This document shows, piece by piece, positions 1 to 14,599 of a DNA stretch of 64,000 nucleotides (its first letter is position 1; every line of letters begins with the position of its first letter). The notes beneath the pieces were generated by a model. It searched no databases and had not been told where the DNA came from. It saw only the letters and a program-made list of their open reading frames with translations. The stretch is from Camelus dromedarius. Lineage: Eukaryota. A program made the translations under genes and the position numbers. The stretch lies in the NCBI RefSeq assembly GCF_036321535.1, contig NC_087436.1, positions 78,990,001 to 79,054,000 of the forward strand, given 5' to 3'.

Positions 1-833
1 TAAAAATGGATTACCTAAAAATCTGATCTATTCATTCCACAAATCTGCTTTTATATTCTTAAGTTCTCAATGTATATGATATATAGCTTAAAGTTCAGGT
101 ATATGCCAATTCTAGTATTTTACCTTGTTTATTCACCAGGAATTTATTAAGCTCCTATTACAAATCGAGCACTGTTTCTTTATTTTGCAACTGCCCCAAG
201 GTAGAAAACAGACCACCAAGTAGATATTCATCAATATGACAGACAACTAGGAGCAAAAATTACAGCCTAACCTAGAAGACTATCTTTGTAAATGGTGGTT
301 CATACACTATTATTATGCTACCTCCCAAAATGTTAGGGACCATTATATTGGCTACTCAAATTGAGCAGTCTATACAACATTAAGAAACTCAAGGAGGCAG
401 TGGGAGGACTCTTTCCTTATTAGAAATACAGAGGAAATGGGTTGAGATTTTTTTTTTAAGTAAGTTTTCTTTCTACTCTATGATGTTTATTCTAAGGTTG
501 GATATTGTTAAAATACTATATGATGTAAAATTCTATACTATATGAAGTATTATACCTAAGAAAACTATTAAAGACCCGTCGATTTTATTTACTACCGTAA
601 GTCTAGTACATCAAACAAGGTCTGGCAGGTGGTAAGTACTAAATAAATATTTGCTGCTGAAGGGTTCTTTGATACTCTGAAGAAACATATTTACTATAGT
701 TCACTGTGCTGAAGGAAAATCAATGACATCTAAACACTAATTTTAATAACTATATTTTGTATGAAAAATACTGAAATAAGTGTAGAAAAACTTAATTTTG
801 GTTCTTTTGATTATATTGAAATCAATGTAATAC

Positions 834-929
834 CTGTGTTTTGGCTCCTGGTGTCATTGGAGTTGCAAAATTGTTTAGATCCCAAATGTAGATTTCAGAT
901 TCATTAGCACCAGAGGCCACCAGATTAGT
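834..929 (-). CDS. SEC31A: SEC31A (COPII outer coat) coding exon 4 in window, WD40 region: [32 protein letters not shown]
   Basis: 96 nt, phase 0/0; acceptor ttactgcag| and donor |gtatta on the minus strand; in frame with the previous exon; peptide recognised as Sec31A. Gene continues beyond the window start. Confidence 0.95.
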
Positions 930-2413
930 CTGCAGTAAGAAACAATTAATAACTAAATAGTACTTACAAATAATTAAGAAAACTCAGTTCAGAGCTGGAA
1001 AGATCTGTCCATTTTAAGGCCTATAATTTTTCTATTTAATTAAAAAGGCAAAATGTATGAATTCCTAAAAACTATGCATAAAAATCCAAAATTAAAAGTG
1101 TTTTTAAAGAAACGTATAATAAAATTCTACTAAACTAAAAAGATAATATGTCTACTGATATTTTAATACATTAAAAAATAATTACATGGGTAAATTCTTA
1201 ATGCAACCAGACAGGAATTATTACTTGTGGTTTTCATCTCTGGAAGGGGGTCTGATTGTGGGAGACTAAACTGGTCACCAATTATCGCTTTTAGACAAAC
1301 TGCCAAATCCTAAAATAATGGCATCTATCTCAGGATACCTCAAAGACAGCCTCAGGAGCTGGACCAAGACAGAGCTAGTCATATCTCTCGTCTTAAATGC
1401 TCATATATTTCTATTTCATTTATGCTCAATCTTGTTCCGGGTGGCAGTATTTCTAGGTTATCTCTGTCATATACCTGTGGGGTCAAAAAGACCCTAAAAC
1501 TGATATGAAGTATAGGAAGATAATGAGGTTCATACATTGATCTTCATCCTTTAAAGCTCACTCTCATAAAAAACTGACATATAATTATGAAAATAGAGGA
1601 ATTCTATGGTAGCAGTCACCTATAATAGAAGATACTAACCAAAAATCTGCAGCTGTTTAATCCAATTAACAGAGAAATTAGGTATCTAATCTAAAGAGTA
1701 GACACCATAAACTGCAGAAATGAAAAAGTTTGGGTTTCTGTATTTGTAGACCCGAAGTATCTATTTATAATGTAAGAAAAATAACTATTTTAAACTTAGA
1801 TAATATTCATTTTTGGTTATACTCTAGTATCCTATTAACTCAAGATATTTATTAGCCTATCTATAATTTTTATAACTAATATTCAGCAATATTTATGATG
1901 ACAATAGTAGAAAGCCTCTTAACTGCCTATTTATTAAATCTGTACTATATTTGTGTATATTTATAATTACTTGATAAGGCTAATAACCTCTTTGTCAAAA
2001 ATACAGCATTTATCAACTAACAAAACAGTAGATTAAGCCACATACCATTGTACCCGACTAATGCTGTACTAACACAAACTTTTAAAAGGCAAGGTTTCCA
2101 ACCTTTGAGGTTCCTAATGTTTAAAAAATGTCCAATAACAAAAAAAGAAACAAAAAATAAAAAATGTCCAATAAGATGACATCTCCAGACTTCTAGAATT
2201 AAACCCATCAGCCTGATCCATTCCATGGAGTTAGTATCAATTCACTGTGAACCCAAATCTGAACCCTCCATTCTTCAAATACACTTATTTATCAACCTGC
2301 ACAGGCACAGTTTCAGCTTTCAATTCCAAGACTGAGGCAGAGTGGATTCATAGACTTATTTCAAATAAGTAACACATATCTCAAGAATTATGAATAAATG
2401 TCAGAAGTCTAAC

Positions 2414-2612
2414 CTGGAAAATGTTCACATCCAAGGCTCTCACTGGGCCAGTATGTTTGTCATTCTGGGCAATCACAACTTCCTTTTCGCCAGCTATAAT
2501 TTTTGAAGGATCATAAAGAATAATATTTCCATTTTCACCACCTGCAATAAGGACTCCAGAGACATTTCCCTTCGAATCCATCTTATGAGGCCCCCAAATC
2601 AACTTGTGGTAC
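2414..2612 (-). CDS. SEC31A: SEC31A coding exon 3: (R)YHKLIWGPHKMDSKGNVSGVLIAGGENGNIILYDPSKIIAGEKEVVIAQNDKHTGPVRALDVNIFQ
   Basis: 199 nt; ttaaag|GT...CAG|gttaga; overlaps ORF 2381..2602; cumulative CDS 402 nt stays in frame. Confidence 0.96.
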
Positions 2613-4034
2613 CTTTAAGAGAAAATGAATAAAATAACTCCTTTTTGAAGTCAAATAAATATAGAAAAGAATTTGAAATTATACACTTAATTATTTTCAT
2701 AAATACACTAAAAACATTGCCTCTCCTCTATTCCTGGTAATTGTGCATAACTTGGTGAAATGGCCTTTTAGTTTTTATTTATACTTACATGTACATGTTT
2801 TATTTTGTAATCTTGAAGAGTATAAACTTGTAGAGCTAATATAATATGACAAAGCATATTTGCTTGTGTCAAAAAATATGAGCTTAATAAAAAATGAAAC
2901 ACTCCCCCTGCCAAAATTTAAAAAGAAAGAAAATGAAACAGACAAACAAAAACATGAGCTTAAGAATGGTTTTACCATTTAGAACCTTTGAGACCCCAGG
3001 TCAGTTACTTAATCTTCCTAAGCTGCTTTTGATTCATTTATAAAATAGAGCTAATCAACCACTTCCCTTGATTTTATCTGACAAAAGTACTAACAAGTTG
3101 TCTCTTAAATAGTAAAGGTGTTAAGGGAGTCATCTGACATTTTCTAAGAAAAATAACGTATTCTGACAGTAGAAAAGTGACAGAAAAGTGAAAAATTATG
3201 TCATTAAGACAAGTACCCCATTGGCGGAGGATAAAAGATTATGGTTTGGCACGGAGGTGGCATGGAGATACACAATGAGACAAACGGTGGTGAGCAGAAA
3301 AACTGTTCGACAAAAGGTATTTGGGGTTCCCATCACAGTGGGTGGAGGACTTGGAAGAATATGAGAGGTCCCATGAGACTCGATGATTTGAGCTGTATTC
3401 TCTTAGCTAAGGTACAATCTCTTCCCCCAGATCTGCCATGCCATTGAGGCAAAAAGCATATTTTACTACTCAAATGAAAGTGTCCTTGCCTGTGTTCCAA
3501 TATGGCTTAAGTGCTTGGATAGGTGATCTAAATACCTGCTGTATCAGAAATCATGTCAACAAAATTCTTTGTGAAGTATTATTTTTAGATACAGATTCAA
3601 GGAAAATGTATTTTTAAATACAGATACAGGGGAAAAAATAAAAACAACCTCCGTTCAGAAATAATCACTGCTAACATCTTAATATTCATCCAACTACTCC
3701 TTTTTCTAGTCATACCTACCTTTTTTTGTAAACAGATGAGATACAGGAGATAGAAAAAAATAATTCTACTATATCATGAGAAAAAAAAATACTAGAAACT
3801 AGAGCCTCTCCTTCTTAACCTACACAAAACAGTCAGTAGTAAAAAATTCAACAGAACATATAGACACTTCTTTTACTTCCATAGAAATTCTCTCATATAT
3901 TTTTTTCACAAAATATGTCATGTCATTGATGGTATTCCTTGCAGTTTCTATTAATGGAACATTTACAGACATGCCAGGCATCAACCACAAAATATAATTA
4001 AATAATCATGTGAATTTAAGGTTGAATCTCATAC

Positions 4035-4158
4035 CTGTGAGAAGAAGAGAAAGTGGCACAAGATTTCATATCCAAGGATGGATCAGAAAGGTCTAATTCA
4101 AATATCTCAAGGGAAGCATTGGTACTAAATGTTGCATCCAATTGTTGAGCAGATGTTC
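4035..4158 (-). CDS. SEC31A: SEC31A coding exon 2: (G)[40 protein letters not shown](R)
   Basis: 124 nt; tttttatag|GA...CAG|gtatga; peptide visible within ORF 4016..4249. Confidence 0.96.
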
Positions 4159-4816
4159 CTATAAAAAATACATTTATGGTAACTACATATGCGAGAAAGA
4201 AAAGACTCAGAAGACCATGTAAAACAGAAATTAAATGCATGTTTTTCAATTATCTCATTCATGATTGCTGCATTAGTGGCTGCAATCTCTGCACATACAA
4301 CATCGAGCAGATGCTTAAATTACTATAGCAGTAAGATTCTGACTTGAGGCTCAGAAATGATGTTTGTAAGAGTCGGTAATGCAGGTAATTTTTTAAGCCT
4401 ATAGATATTTTAAAACCTCTCTGTAAGAACAGTCCCATGTTTATAGTCACAAATGATATAACACCAACTCTTTTTATATAAAAATGCTGGCATCAAAACT
4501 GTTCTTCATTCATTCAAATTGATATTTATTAACTTTTTTTACATGTTATCTATTGTGCTTAATAATGAAAGAATAAAGATAAAACACAATTCTTATAAAG
4601 TAGGGAAGGCACTATACATTAATATACCATGATTAATGCTATGATGTACAAGCATAAAGGATGGTCAATGAACTCAGCTAATAAGGTTGGACATACCTCG
4701 CCAGGGAAGGAGAGGCTTTCTAGAGGAGATGAAGTTTGAAGGACAAGTATAAGTAAGTCAGATGTGGAAGAGAAGAAATTAGGTAATTCATACTATCTTC
4801 TCTCTGTTGAACTTAC

Positions 4817-4895
4817 CTGTAGCTAGGTAAATGGGATGATTCTGGGCAGGGCTCCATGCCTGCATGGCTGTACGATCTACTTCCTTTAACTTCAT
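4817..4895 (-). CDS. SEC31A: SEC31A first coding exon: [26 protein letters not shown](G)
   Basis: Acceptor tatcag|G then ATG (exon starts at 4896, ATG 4895-4893); donor ACAG|gtaagt; 79 coding nt; canonical Sec31 N-terminus. Confidence 0.96.
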
Positions 4896-5759
4896 CCTGA
4901 TAAAGAGAATATTTCACATAGAAATATACTGAACATGTAATATAGAACACAGAAACATTTTTTACATAGAAATATACCGGACAAACCAATACATCATTAG
5001 TAATGCTGCAATGTCAATAAATCAAATTGGTTTAGGTATCATTTGCTGGGAATGTTCAACATTAGAAAGAAGAAAAACTTGTTTAATTATTTTGAGACAA
5101 ATATAGGGCTATCCTATTTACAATGATAGCCCTTCAGCTGAAAAATCAGTCTGGAAAGAAACTTGCAAAAACAAGGGTAGTATTTGGTTAATTAACCTTG
5201 GTACACAATATGCTTCTCCGACAAGACAGTATGGGTGGCAGTGTGTCAGAGGACAGAAGCATATAATAAACAAGTTGTTTCTTCCCGGAGCAGGATTACT
5301 CAATGATAAGAACAGTTTGAAAAATTAATTTTAAATTAAAACTAACACAGAAGAGAATACAGTAAACCCACAGATTTTAAAGATAAAGCAGAAAAAAAAA
5401 TTTTTTTAAATGGTCACTCCAAGCCACTATTTTACATTCTCTCTGTTAGTTACTTTGGTAGAAAAGTTCAAGAGGTACTGTACTATAGCTTAAAAAAACA
5501 AAAACAAAAAAACACTTTATTTTACATAAATGCAGTCACATAGTACAGAATTCCATTGTAAAATGTACCATAATTTATTACTTAGGCCACAGCTGATGAA
5601 TACCTGAGTTGTTTCTAATCTTGTGCTATTTTTACAAACAATGCTGAAATAAGTGGTCATATATACATGTTGTTTCACTCGTGGGCAAGGAAAGCTATAA
5701 ATTTCCAGAAGTAAAACTGCTGTGTTAAACAGTAAATGTAAATTTTTTTAATCCTTTTT

Positions 5760-5887
5760 TTTAAGGTTTTTTTGTTTTTAGTTTTTTTTTGCAGGGGGGG
5801 GGATTCGGTTCATTTAATTATTTATTTGATGGAGGCACTGGTGATTGAACCTGGGACCTACCACTTGAGCTATACCCTCCTCCCAGG
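5760..5887 (-). mobile_element. tRNA-derived SINE (camelid Vic-like), internally deleted
   Basis: Reverse complement reads GGGAGGAGGGTATAGCTCAAGTGGTAGG..TCCCAGGTTCAATCACCAGTGCCTCC followed by an A-rich tail; Pol III A/B-box-like motifs. Confidence 0.75.
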
Positions 5888-6279
5888 ATAAATGTATTTT
5901 TAATTTTGATGGATACTGCCAAGTTGCTCTCCATGTCAAGTGTGCCTTTTCACACTTCCAAGAGTAATATATGAGTAGCTGCTGCCCTATAGACTGCTGC
6001 CCTACAGCTGCTGCCCTTCCAATGGTTTTAAATGTTTGGCAGTATGATAGGTGAAAAATGTCAGCTCTGGAGAGTTATAATTTGCATTTCTCATACTATA
6101 AATAACATCGGACATCTTTTTTTAATATGGTTACGGGACATCCATATTTCCTTCTCTGTCACTTTTCCTGTCTATTCCTGTCTATGTCATTTGCCCATTT
6201 TTCTCTTAGGCTGTCAGACTTTGTCTTTTGCTTTTTTTTTTTTTTTTTTAACCTTTCACGAAATTTTGATTTTTTAAAA

Positions 6280-6780
6280 ATAGATTTTATTTATTAGAGC
6301 AGTTTTAGGTTCACAGAAAATCTGAGTGAAAAATTTAGAGAGTTTTCACATACCTCCCTCTCTCACCCCTCAAATGCTGCCTCCCCACTGTCAACATCCT
6401 GCACCACAGTAGTGTATCTGGTACAATCAAGGAATCAGCACTGACACCTCATTATCAACCAAAGTCCATCGTTTCCATTAAGGTTCACTCTTTGTATTGT
6501 TTATCTTTGGTTTTTGACAAATGCAAAAATGACATATATCCACCGTTATAGTATCATTCAGAAGTATCCCTGCCCTAAAAGCTCGTGTTCCACCTATTTA
6601 TCCGTCTCCTCCTCCCTCCCTAGCAACCACTGATCTTTTTACTGTCTCCATAGTCTTGCCTTTTCCATAAAATCATTTAGTTATAATCACACAATATGTA
6701 GCCTTTTTAGATTGGCTTCTTTCACTTAGCAATAGGCATTTAAGGCTCCTCGATGTCATTTTTGTGATTTGATAACTCCT
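6280..6780 (-). mobile_element. Old L1 (L1M-type) 3' fragment, within a larger degraded antisense L1 region of about 5.5-10.8 kb
   Basis: Typical reverse-strand L1 3'UTR text (ttagagcagttttaggttcacag...; ttggcttctttcacttagcaata); boundaries approximate. Confidence 0.65.
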
Positions 6781-6794
6781 TTATTTTTTCTTTT

Positions 6795-6930
6795 CCCGGG
6801 GGTAGAGGGGGAATAGGTTTTTTGTTTCTTTAATTTACTTTTTTTTTTTTACTGCAGGTACTAGGGATTGAACCCAGGACTTTATGAATGCTAAGCACAC
6901 ACTCTACCACTGACCTATACTCTCTCTCAA
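6795..6930 (-). mobile_element. tRNA-derived SINE (camelid Vic-like)
   Basis: gtactagggattgaacccaggact...gctaagcacacactctaccactgacctatac is the reverse complement of the same SINE head seen at 57025. Confidence 0.78.
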
Positions 6931-9584
6931 TAGCTCTTTTTATTTTAGCACTGAAAAACATTCCACTCTATGGATGTACCATAATTTTTACAGTAAAATT
7001 TATCACTTTAAAAAGTGGCTTCTCAATTTTGATTAATTAGAAAAGGCCTTCTGCATGCCAAAGTTAGGAAGACATGCACTGATAGTTTTCTGCCAGCAAA
7101 TTTATTTATGGCTTTCTCTTTACATTTGAATTTTGACTCATTTGAAATGTGTCCTAGTATACAATGTATACTCAAAGTTTATTTTTTTCTTATTACTCTA
7201 AAACCATTTACTGCAAAGTCTATCTTTTTCTTATTAGTTTTAGGTATCACCTTTATCATGTACTAATTCCCTGTACTTAGGTTTACTTCTGGATTTACTA
7301 TAGATTTGTATTCCTATACATATCAGGATGTAGGTTAGAATTTACATTCTAGCATTTATTTAGGCTTATTTTTGGATTACCATTCCTATGTCCATTTGTT
7401 TATTCACATGCCAGGCACTCCACTGTTTTAAATACTGAGGCTTTATGAGTATGATTTCAACTGCTTCCCTATCTATTGCTCCCCCATCTCACACCCCCAC
7501 CCCATTTTCCTTGCCATTACTGTTTATTTTACTACATAAACTCTACAGTTTTTGTCTAATTCCAGAAAAAAGAGACTGCTAGTATTTTTACTGAATCTGT
7601 ACCAAATTATAAATTAATTTACGGAGAACTGACACAATGTTGAATTTTCCTATCAAGAACATGGTGTCTTTTGATTTAAGTCTTTTTTTTTAATCTTTCA
7701 GTGGTTTTTGAAATTTGACATATTAGGTTTGTTTATTCCTAAGTGTTTTATCTTTTGGTTTGTTGGTAAATGTGGCTTTTTCTTCCTATCCATTATAATG
7801 TCTATTTTTCTTATTGTTATATGAAGGATAATGATTTCTTCATATTAATTTTATATCCTGCTATCTTATCGTATTCTCCTTTTGTAGCAGTGTTACAGTA
7901 GATTCTGTCGGGTTTTCCACATATACACTCATACCATGTGTCAAAAGGGACAGTTACTTCCTCATTCCTAACTGTCATTCCTCTGATATCTTTCTCTTGT
8001 GTGAGTTAGCTAGTACTGACAGTACTGTATTAAACAGCAGCGATGACAGTGATATTTCTTGTTTTGTTCCCACCGCTGAGCATGATTTTGGAATCTGATA
8101 TATACATACACATATTTGTAGAGATATGTGTGTGTGTATATATGTATATGTATATATCTGGAAATAGCCATTGATTACTGTTTTACTGAATGTTTTTCAT
8201 AAAAACTGGGTGTTGAATTTTGTTTAATGCTTTTCATTAATTAGGTAATTAGAGATGACCATATGATTTTTCTCCTTAGGTCTACCAATAAAACAAATTA
8301 TACTAACAAATTTCCTGAATTAACTGAATCATCTTTTCAAACTTAGAATAAATTTCTCTTGCTCATGATGTCCTACTACGGTGCTGCAAGGTTCCATTTG
8401 TTTAAAAGTTTCACTCCTAGAGTCTCAAGTGAGATGCAATCGATAATTTTCTTCTTCTATACGTTTGTCAGGTTTAGATATCAAATGTTATACTTGCTTC
8501 ACAACAAATGTGGGAGTTGTTTCTTCCTATGCTCAAACAGTTTTAATAACGGCATTAGAATTATTGGTTCTTGAAGGATTTAATAGGATTCGCCTATGAA
8601 ACGTCTGAGCCTGGTGCTTTTTGGGGAGAGTTGCTCCTCTGGTAGTTTTCTCTATTTCTTCTATGGAAATCTATTTGAATTTTCTTTGTTCAAGGTTATT
8701 TTGGGTAAATTGTATTTTCCTATAATAGTTCTTTATTTTTAAAAATAATTTCCTAATTTTTTTGGAGCTAAACAACATAGACTCATGATTCTTTAAATTT
8801 TTGCTGTTTATGGTTATTTATTAGTCCTTAATTAAACATATTTACATTTTATTTCGCCCTACCCTTCTTTTAAAAATTAGCTTGGCTAGTGACTTGACTA
8901 TTTTACTGAGTATTTACAAAAATCCAGCTTTCTAATTTATTAGTTCCATTCTTTTTGTTTTCAAATTCATTAATTTCTGCTTTTATTTTTATTAATTCCT
9001 TCCTTCCATTTTCTTTTGGTTTACTTAGTTCTTTTTCTAACTGTTTAGTTAACTAAAAACTGAACGTACCCATTTTTATTATTTCTTTAGGCTCTGAATT
9101 TTCTCTGAGCACTGCTTTAGCTGCATCCTATACATTCCTAGTGTTTTCATTATTATGGTTACCTATGCATTTTAGTTTCCATTTGTATTCTCTATTGACC
9201 TAAGAATTGTATCCAAACGGAGTATCCAAATGGAGGGGTCTTTATTTTTACTTCATTGTGATTTTTCCGTATTATTTCTTATTTATAAAACAAGTTTTCT
9301 TTGAGGCACATATAGGAGTTTTTGTGAATGTTCCATGAGATCTAAAAAGAAGGGGTGCTCTGTTTTCAAAATTCAATATATATTAATCAAATCTACCCTA
9401 CTGACTTAATTGTTTGGGTCTTCTACATCCTTATTTGTTTTTCCACTTGATTTGTCTTGGAGCAAGAACAGTAAATTAAAAGGATCCTGCTACTAATACA
9501 TTTGTACATATTTCTCCTAGTATCTCCCGTAGCCACTTTACAATGTTGTGTCGGTTTCTGGCGGTACAGCATGTTTCAGCCATA

Positions 9585-9782
9585 CATATAAATATGTATA
9601 TTCTTTTTCATTATAGGTTATTATAAGATATTAAATATAGCTCCCTGTGATATACAGCAGAAACTTGTTTATCTATTTTATATATAGCAGTTAGTATCTG
9701 CAAATCTCAAATTCCCAATTTATTCGTTCTCGCCCCCTTGCCCTGATGGTAACCATAAATTGGTTTTCTATGGGAGTCTGTT
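9585..9782 (-). mobile_element. Younger artiodactyl-type L1 3' end fragment
   Basis: ttctttttcattataggttattataagatattaaatatagctccctgtg...ggtaaccataaattggttttcta pattern; boundaries approximate. Confidence 0.6.
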
Positions 9783-11129
9783 GCTGCTGAAACTTCCTTT
9801 ATGAAAGTTACTTTGTTATTTAGTACAGTTACATAGTTACCTATTTAATACATAGGTAGAGAGACATGTTAAATGTTCACTGTCAAATACATATTTCAGC
9901 TTTACGGAGTATTTTTATCTTATAATGCCTTTAGGCCTGAACTCTGCTTTGTCTCATATTGAGATCAATACCCTAGCTTTCTTTTTATTTGCCTTTATAT
10001 ATGTTCTTTTGCCTTTTCAACTTTTGAACCATTGTGTTTTCACTGGCTGTCTTGAATACAGTGAAAAAAAATCAGATTTTGCTTGGTGATCCAATTTGAA
10101 AATCTTTTCAACAGACTAGCTAATAAGGCTATTTAAAATTTACTGCTGTGACAGATATGGTTGCCCTCATTTCTATCATATTTTGCTATGTTTGGTTTTA
10201 TAATTTAAAAAATGTCTTTCACTGCTGTCTATTTTCTTTTTGTACATTTAAAAATTTTCTGATAATTAGAGTGATTTGTATTTTTTTTCTAGTATGTTTC
10301 TGATTCTATCTTTACAACTGTAATTTTAAATAATTTCATTTAATACCACTAATCCTCTATTTATTTACAGTTAATTATTAAGAGTACTAACAAAATTAGT
10401 TTATGTAATCTTATTACTTCTCTTGCATCACCATTAATAGTCATTAGTATTATCTTTCTCAGTGTTTACCTGTGTACTATTAAATATGCTCATACCTCTG
10501 ATTTGCCAGCTTTAAATGTCCTTTGACTCCTAGCCATTATAGATGAGGCAATACTATAGGAGATACTCGAATTTTCTGCCTACTTCCCAGTTCTCTTAAT
10601 TTTTTACTTTTATAACCAATTCCTACATCATCAGATATTTAACATGTACATTTTATTCTTTCTTCCTTATTCCCAATTTTGTTTTAGTCTCAGGTCTATA
10701 GTAGGTAAATTTGCTCAACGTTTTCCAACAGTACTTTTGCCATTTTCTTACTCATCTCTAGAGGATGAAGTTCATCCTCTAATAGTTTCCTTATAAGGGC
10801 CTTAGACTAAAAATATGCCCTGGGTCTTACATGTTCAAATTGTTTATACTTGAAGAACATTTCACAGATGAAAAAAATGAAGGCACAGAAAGACTAAATA
10901 ATTGGTCCATGCTAGCAAGGGGTAGAGCCAAAATTTGAACTCATAAGTTTAGTTCCAGAGTCCAAGCTCTTATTTGTTACTACAACAAGTTCACGTGTTC
11001 AATTTTAATCATAGAAGAAATATTAACATTTATGAGGAATAGTTATTAGCAAAAAAACTACAATGCATGATGAAATTAAGAAATGTATTTTAGAAACTGC
11101 TAGGTTAGGCAAAAGTGGATTAGGAGGTT

Positions 11130-11390
11130 GAGTCACGTAGTCAGAAGTGGGGCCTCTGGAGGCAATCCTCAATTTGCATATTGGCTCTGCTACTCATGAG
11201 ACCTTGGACACAGTATCTAATCTCTCTGAGCCCCAGTTCTACATTTGAAAAATAGGGGTAAGAGTGGCTACCTCATGGGACATTGTGAGCTTTAAATGAG
11301 ATAATGTATTTTACAGATGACCAAACACAATGCCTCACACATATGTTAAAAAGTATTTTAACATGTTAACTACTTTAAAGATTACTACTA
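11130..11390. mobile_element. MIR SINE
   Basis: MIR core-like text (ggctctgctact...gaccttggac...tctctgagccccagtt...aaatgagataatgta). Confidence 0.6.
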
Positions 11391-12734
11391 TCATGGGACT
11401 AATCAAGAAAACTACTCATCTAGTTTCCTAAGATTATTGTGAAAAAGAAAAGAAAAAAAACCCCAATTTTCTAAGAAGTGAAAAAGATGCCTATTTATGT
11501 CAAATGCCCTTCTTCTTCTCAGCCAATTGTCTTTGGTAAGTTCAAGACCCAACTCCTTCATGAAAACTGCCCTAACTGATCCAATCCACACTGATCTATA
11601 TAATCTCTTCACTGTTTATATTTGTACCACATTTTAAGCATCTTATAATAAAATGTCTTATTCCATCTTAACAAAGCTTTATCTAACACTCTGTTAGTAC
11701 ATATTGTTTACATATTTTCCCATTGCCTGTTTTACCAGCTGTTTTCTATGTCATCTTGTCTCACTAACTCAACAAATATCTTTTTTTCAATCACGTGTTA
11801 CAACTTTTACCCTTTTGGGACTCAAAATTCCTTTGCACAGGGTGAGGTACACAGAAAGTTTTGCTTGATTGATTTTGCATGTCTATATTTAGGGGAATAC
11901 AAACAGATTGATAAGCTAGAAAGACCAATTTCAAGTAAAACATTTAATTCTGAAATTCTTAACTTTTTAAAGGATCTTTTCTAACTTAAAAAATAGTAGA
12001 AAGTATTGCTGGGGGAAAAAGGTTTTAATAAACTGCGTTTAGAATAATTTCTAAAAGTGAAAACAAAATAGCTACAAATATATTTTTTAAAAACCCAACT
12101 GAACAGAATTACAGTAACTCTAAGAGCAAAGGTACAAGGGCTGTCTAATTTACGAACATTTAGTTAATGTGTAACATTTACTGAAAGAGAAAGAGACAGA
12201 TTCACAAGAACATAAAATGGCTAAGTGGGAATTCAACCCATTTATAAAGTCTGTTTCTTAAAGCCTCAGTACTCAGTGTTCCACCAGAAGCAGTTCTACT
12301 TATTAACCTGTGTACTGAACACGAGGCTTCAATACCATTGTTTAAAAACAAAAATCAAATCACTATACTACAACAACAGCCTACAACTATATGATGTGGT
12401 CTGAATCTAATTAAACAAGAATACCATAATCTACCTAGTATAATCATCCTCAAAACTACTAAGAATACTATGGAAATACAGCTTCATCGGATGCATGTGT
12501 ATCTCCTGGCAGAATGATCATTTAGCTGTAACTAATTTTCTTGAGAATAGGAAGAAAGAGGTCTTAGGTTTAAAAACTTTGTGTAATTTTTTTCAATATT
12601 ATATGTGATTAGAATTCACATTATGCGGATTTGTTTCATTCAAGAGTATTTTACACAGAATATAATCATTCTGAAAATATTAAAACTGTGAGGACAATGG
12701 CTTGTTCACAGATGCCACCTACAAGACAGTATCT

Positions 12735-12962
12735 ATGGTACAGCGGTTAAAAGCATAGTGACTGGAGCAGATTTAAATCTCTGGTCTACCAAGTCCTAGC
12801 TCTGACTTCAGGCACGTAATTTTTCCTATGTGTGTCTTGGCTACTTACTTGGAAAAATAACTATAATAAAAGCATCTATGCCATTGGGTGGTTGTGAGAA
12901 TTCACAGAGTGCTGAGAACAGTGCCTGACATGTAGTAAATAAATGCTTGTAAATGTCAGCTA
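12735..12962. mobile_element. MIR SINE
   Basis: gcggttaaaagcat...ggtggttgtgagaatt...gaacagtgcctgacatgtagtaa. Confidence 0.55.
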
Positions 12963-14599
12963 ATACAGAAGTCATAATTTAAAATGTTTACCCCAGTGAA
13001 TCTTCAACAGAATACCTTTCTTGAAGAAAATTTATGTTCTAGACTACAACTTTGATTTATTCATCCAAGGGTCTGCAACTGTATGCAGTTAGATGGGAAC
13101 TCTTTTCTTTTTGCATTTTCTAAATGCTAATTTTGTGAAGCAACACCAAAACCTAATAGTACTATTCTTTAAAAAAAAACCACCAACTTTACCATGCTAT
13201 ATACATAGAGCTAACCTAAACCTCAGAAAGTAAAAAGTGAAAGGGGTCACAGAATTGGAAACTGACTCTCAAATCAGGAACACAATCCCTAATTGCCACT
13301 GCCTTTAGTAAAAATCCATCCTGTGTGGGCAAAATAATCTCATTAGGGACTGGCACATTTGTTCCAGAGGATTTATTTAATGTTATCTATGTTCTAGGCT
13401 CATCTCATTCAACCAAAATCAAATCAAAGAAGGAACTGTGCATTGGTCATTGAACTAAATGGTGTCATACTTATCTGCATTTAACAAACAAAACTTTTTG
13501 AGCTGAAATTAACCTATTTAAGAATGACAACATTTCTAAAAACAATGTAAAAATCAATTTAATAATATCACCTTATAAAAGCCTTTGAGATTTGTAAATC
13601 TTGTGAAACTATACAGAAACTCCTATATGTGTGTATGTGCATTTTTCTAGGAAGATGATCCAATGCTTTACCAGATCCTCCAAAGGAAATGGAACCCCCA
13701 AAAGTTAAGAATCATTGCTCCTTACAGTTTACAAATTTCTTTCTGTTCTTATGTTGTCAGCTTCAGAAAAGAGCCTGCTTATATAAAATTAAGCAGTATT
13801 AAACCTAAATCCATTCCAAATCTCACGTTTCCTAAATAACCTTACATGTGTGTAACATAAATTCACAACTACAAAAACACTTCAAGTATTCCAAAACTTC
13901 TTGGAGTCTACAAACCTTTCCCAGAGCTGCAATTAACGGATAATAAGAAACAAGCAACACAGGAGAATCACTAAGAAAAGGTAAGCAAACTTCAGCCAAC
14001 TCTAGAACAATCAGTACGTACAACAAACGTTAAGACAGTATAAGGACGAGGCTCTAACTGTTGACTAAATACAGTTGCCTACAAAGACAACCCGATTTCA
14101 GTTTCGTGTGGTTAGAAAAGACAGTTTAGGAAGAAGGATTTCTCTCAGAGACCATCACTGCAACTTCAGAAAGATATAGGTAAAATTAGTTCCTTGAGCT
14201 TCTGGAAGAGGTTATAACGCTCATAAGTCCAGGCAATATTTTTATTCATTTTACACCTGCCCCATAATCTAACCTCTTATTATAGTAAATTACTAGCAAA
14301 AACACAACACTTAATGAGACTTCCTTCGAGGTGTATAGGCTGCAACTGGCGAGTACTGCCCTTAAAATAATCCAATTCTGGCTAAATGGCAGTAGCCTTC
14401 AGATAAAACCTACGAATCTTTAAATCCGGCAACGGTTTAATTATTAACAAAAAGTCCTAACCAAACTGAAGTCAACCAAAGAAATCCTGAGGTTTGTTTC
14501 CTTCCCTCGCCCTTGGGGACCGCACCTTTTTGTGCACAAGGGTCTGAAGGTCTCCTAACCTCAGACCCCACTTATGGACCCTGGCAGGACACCCTGTCG

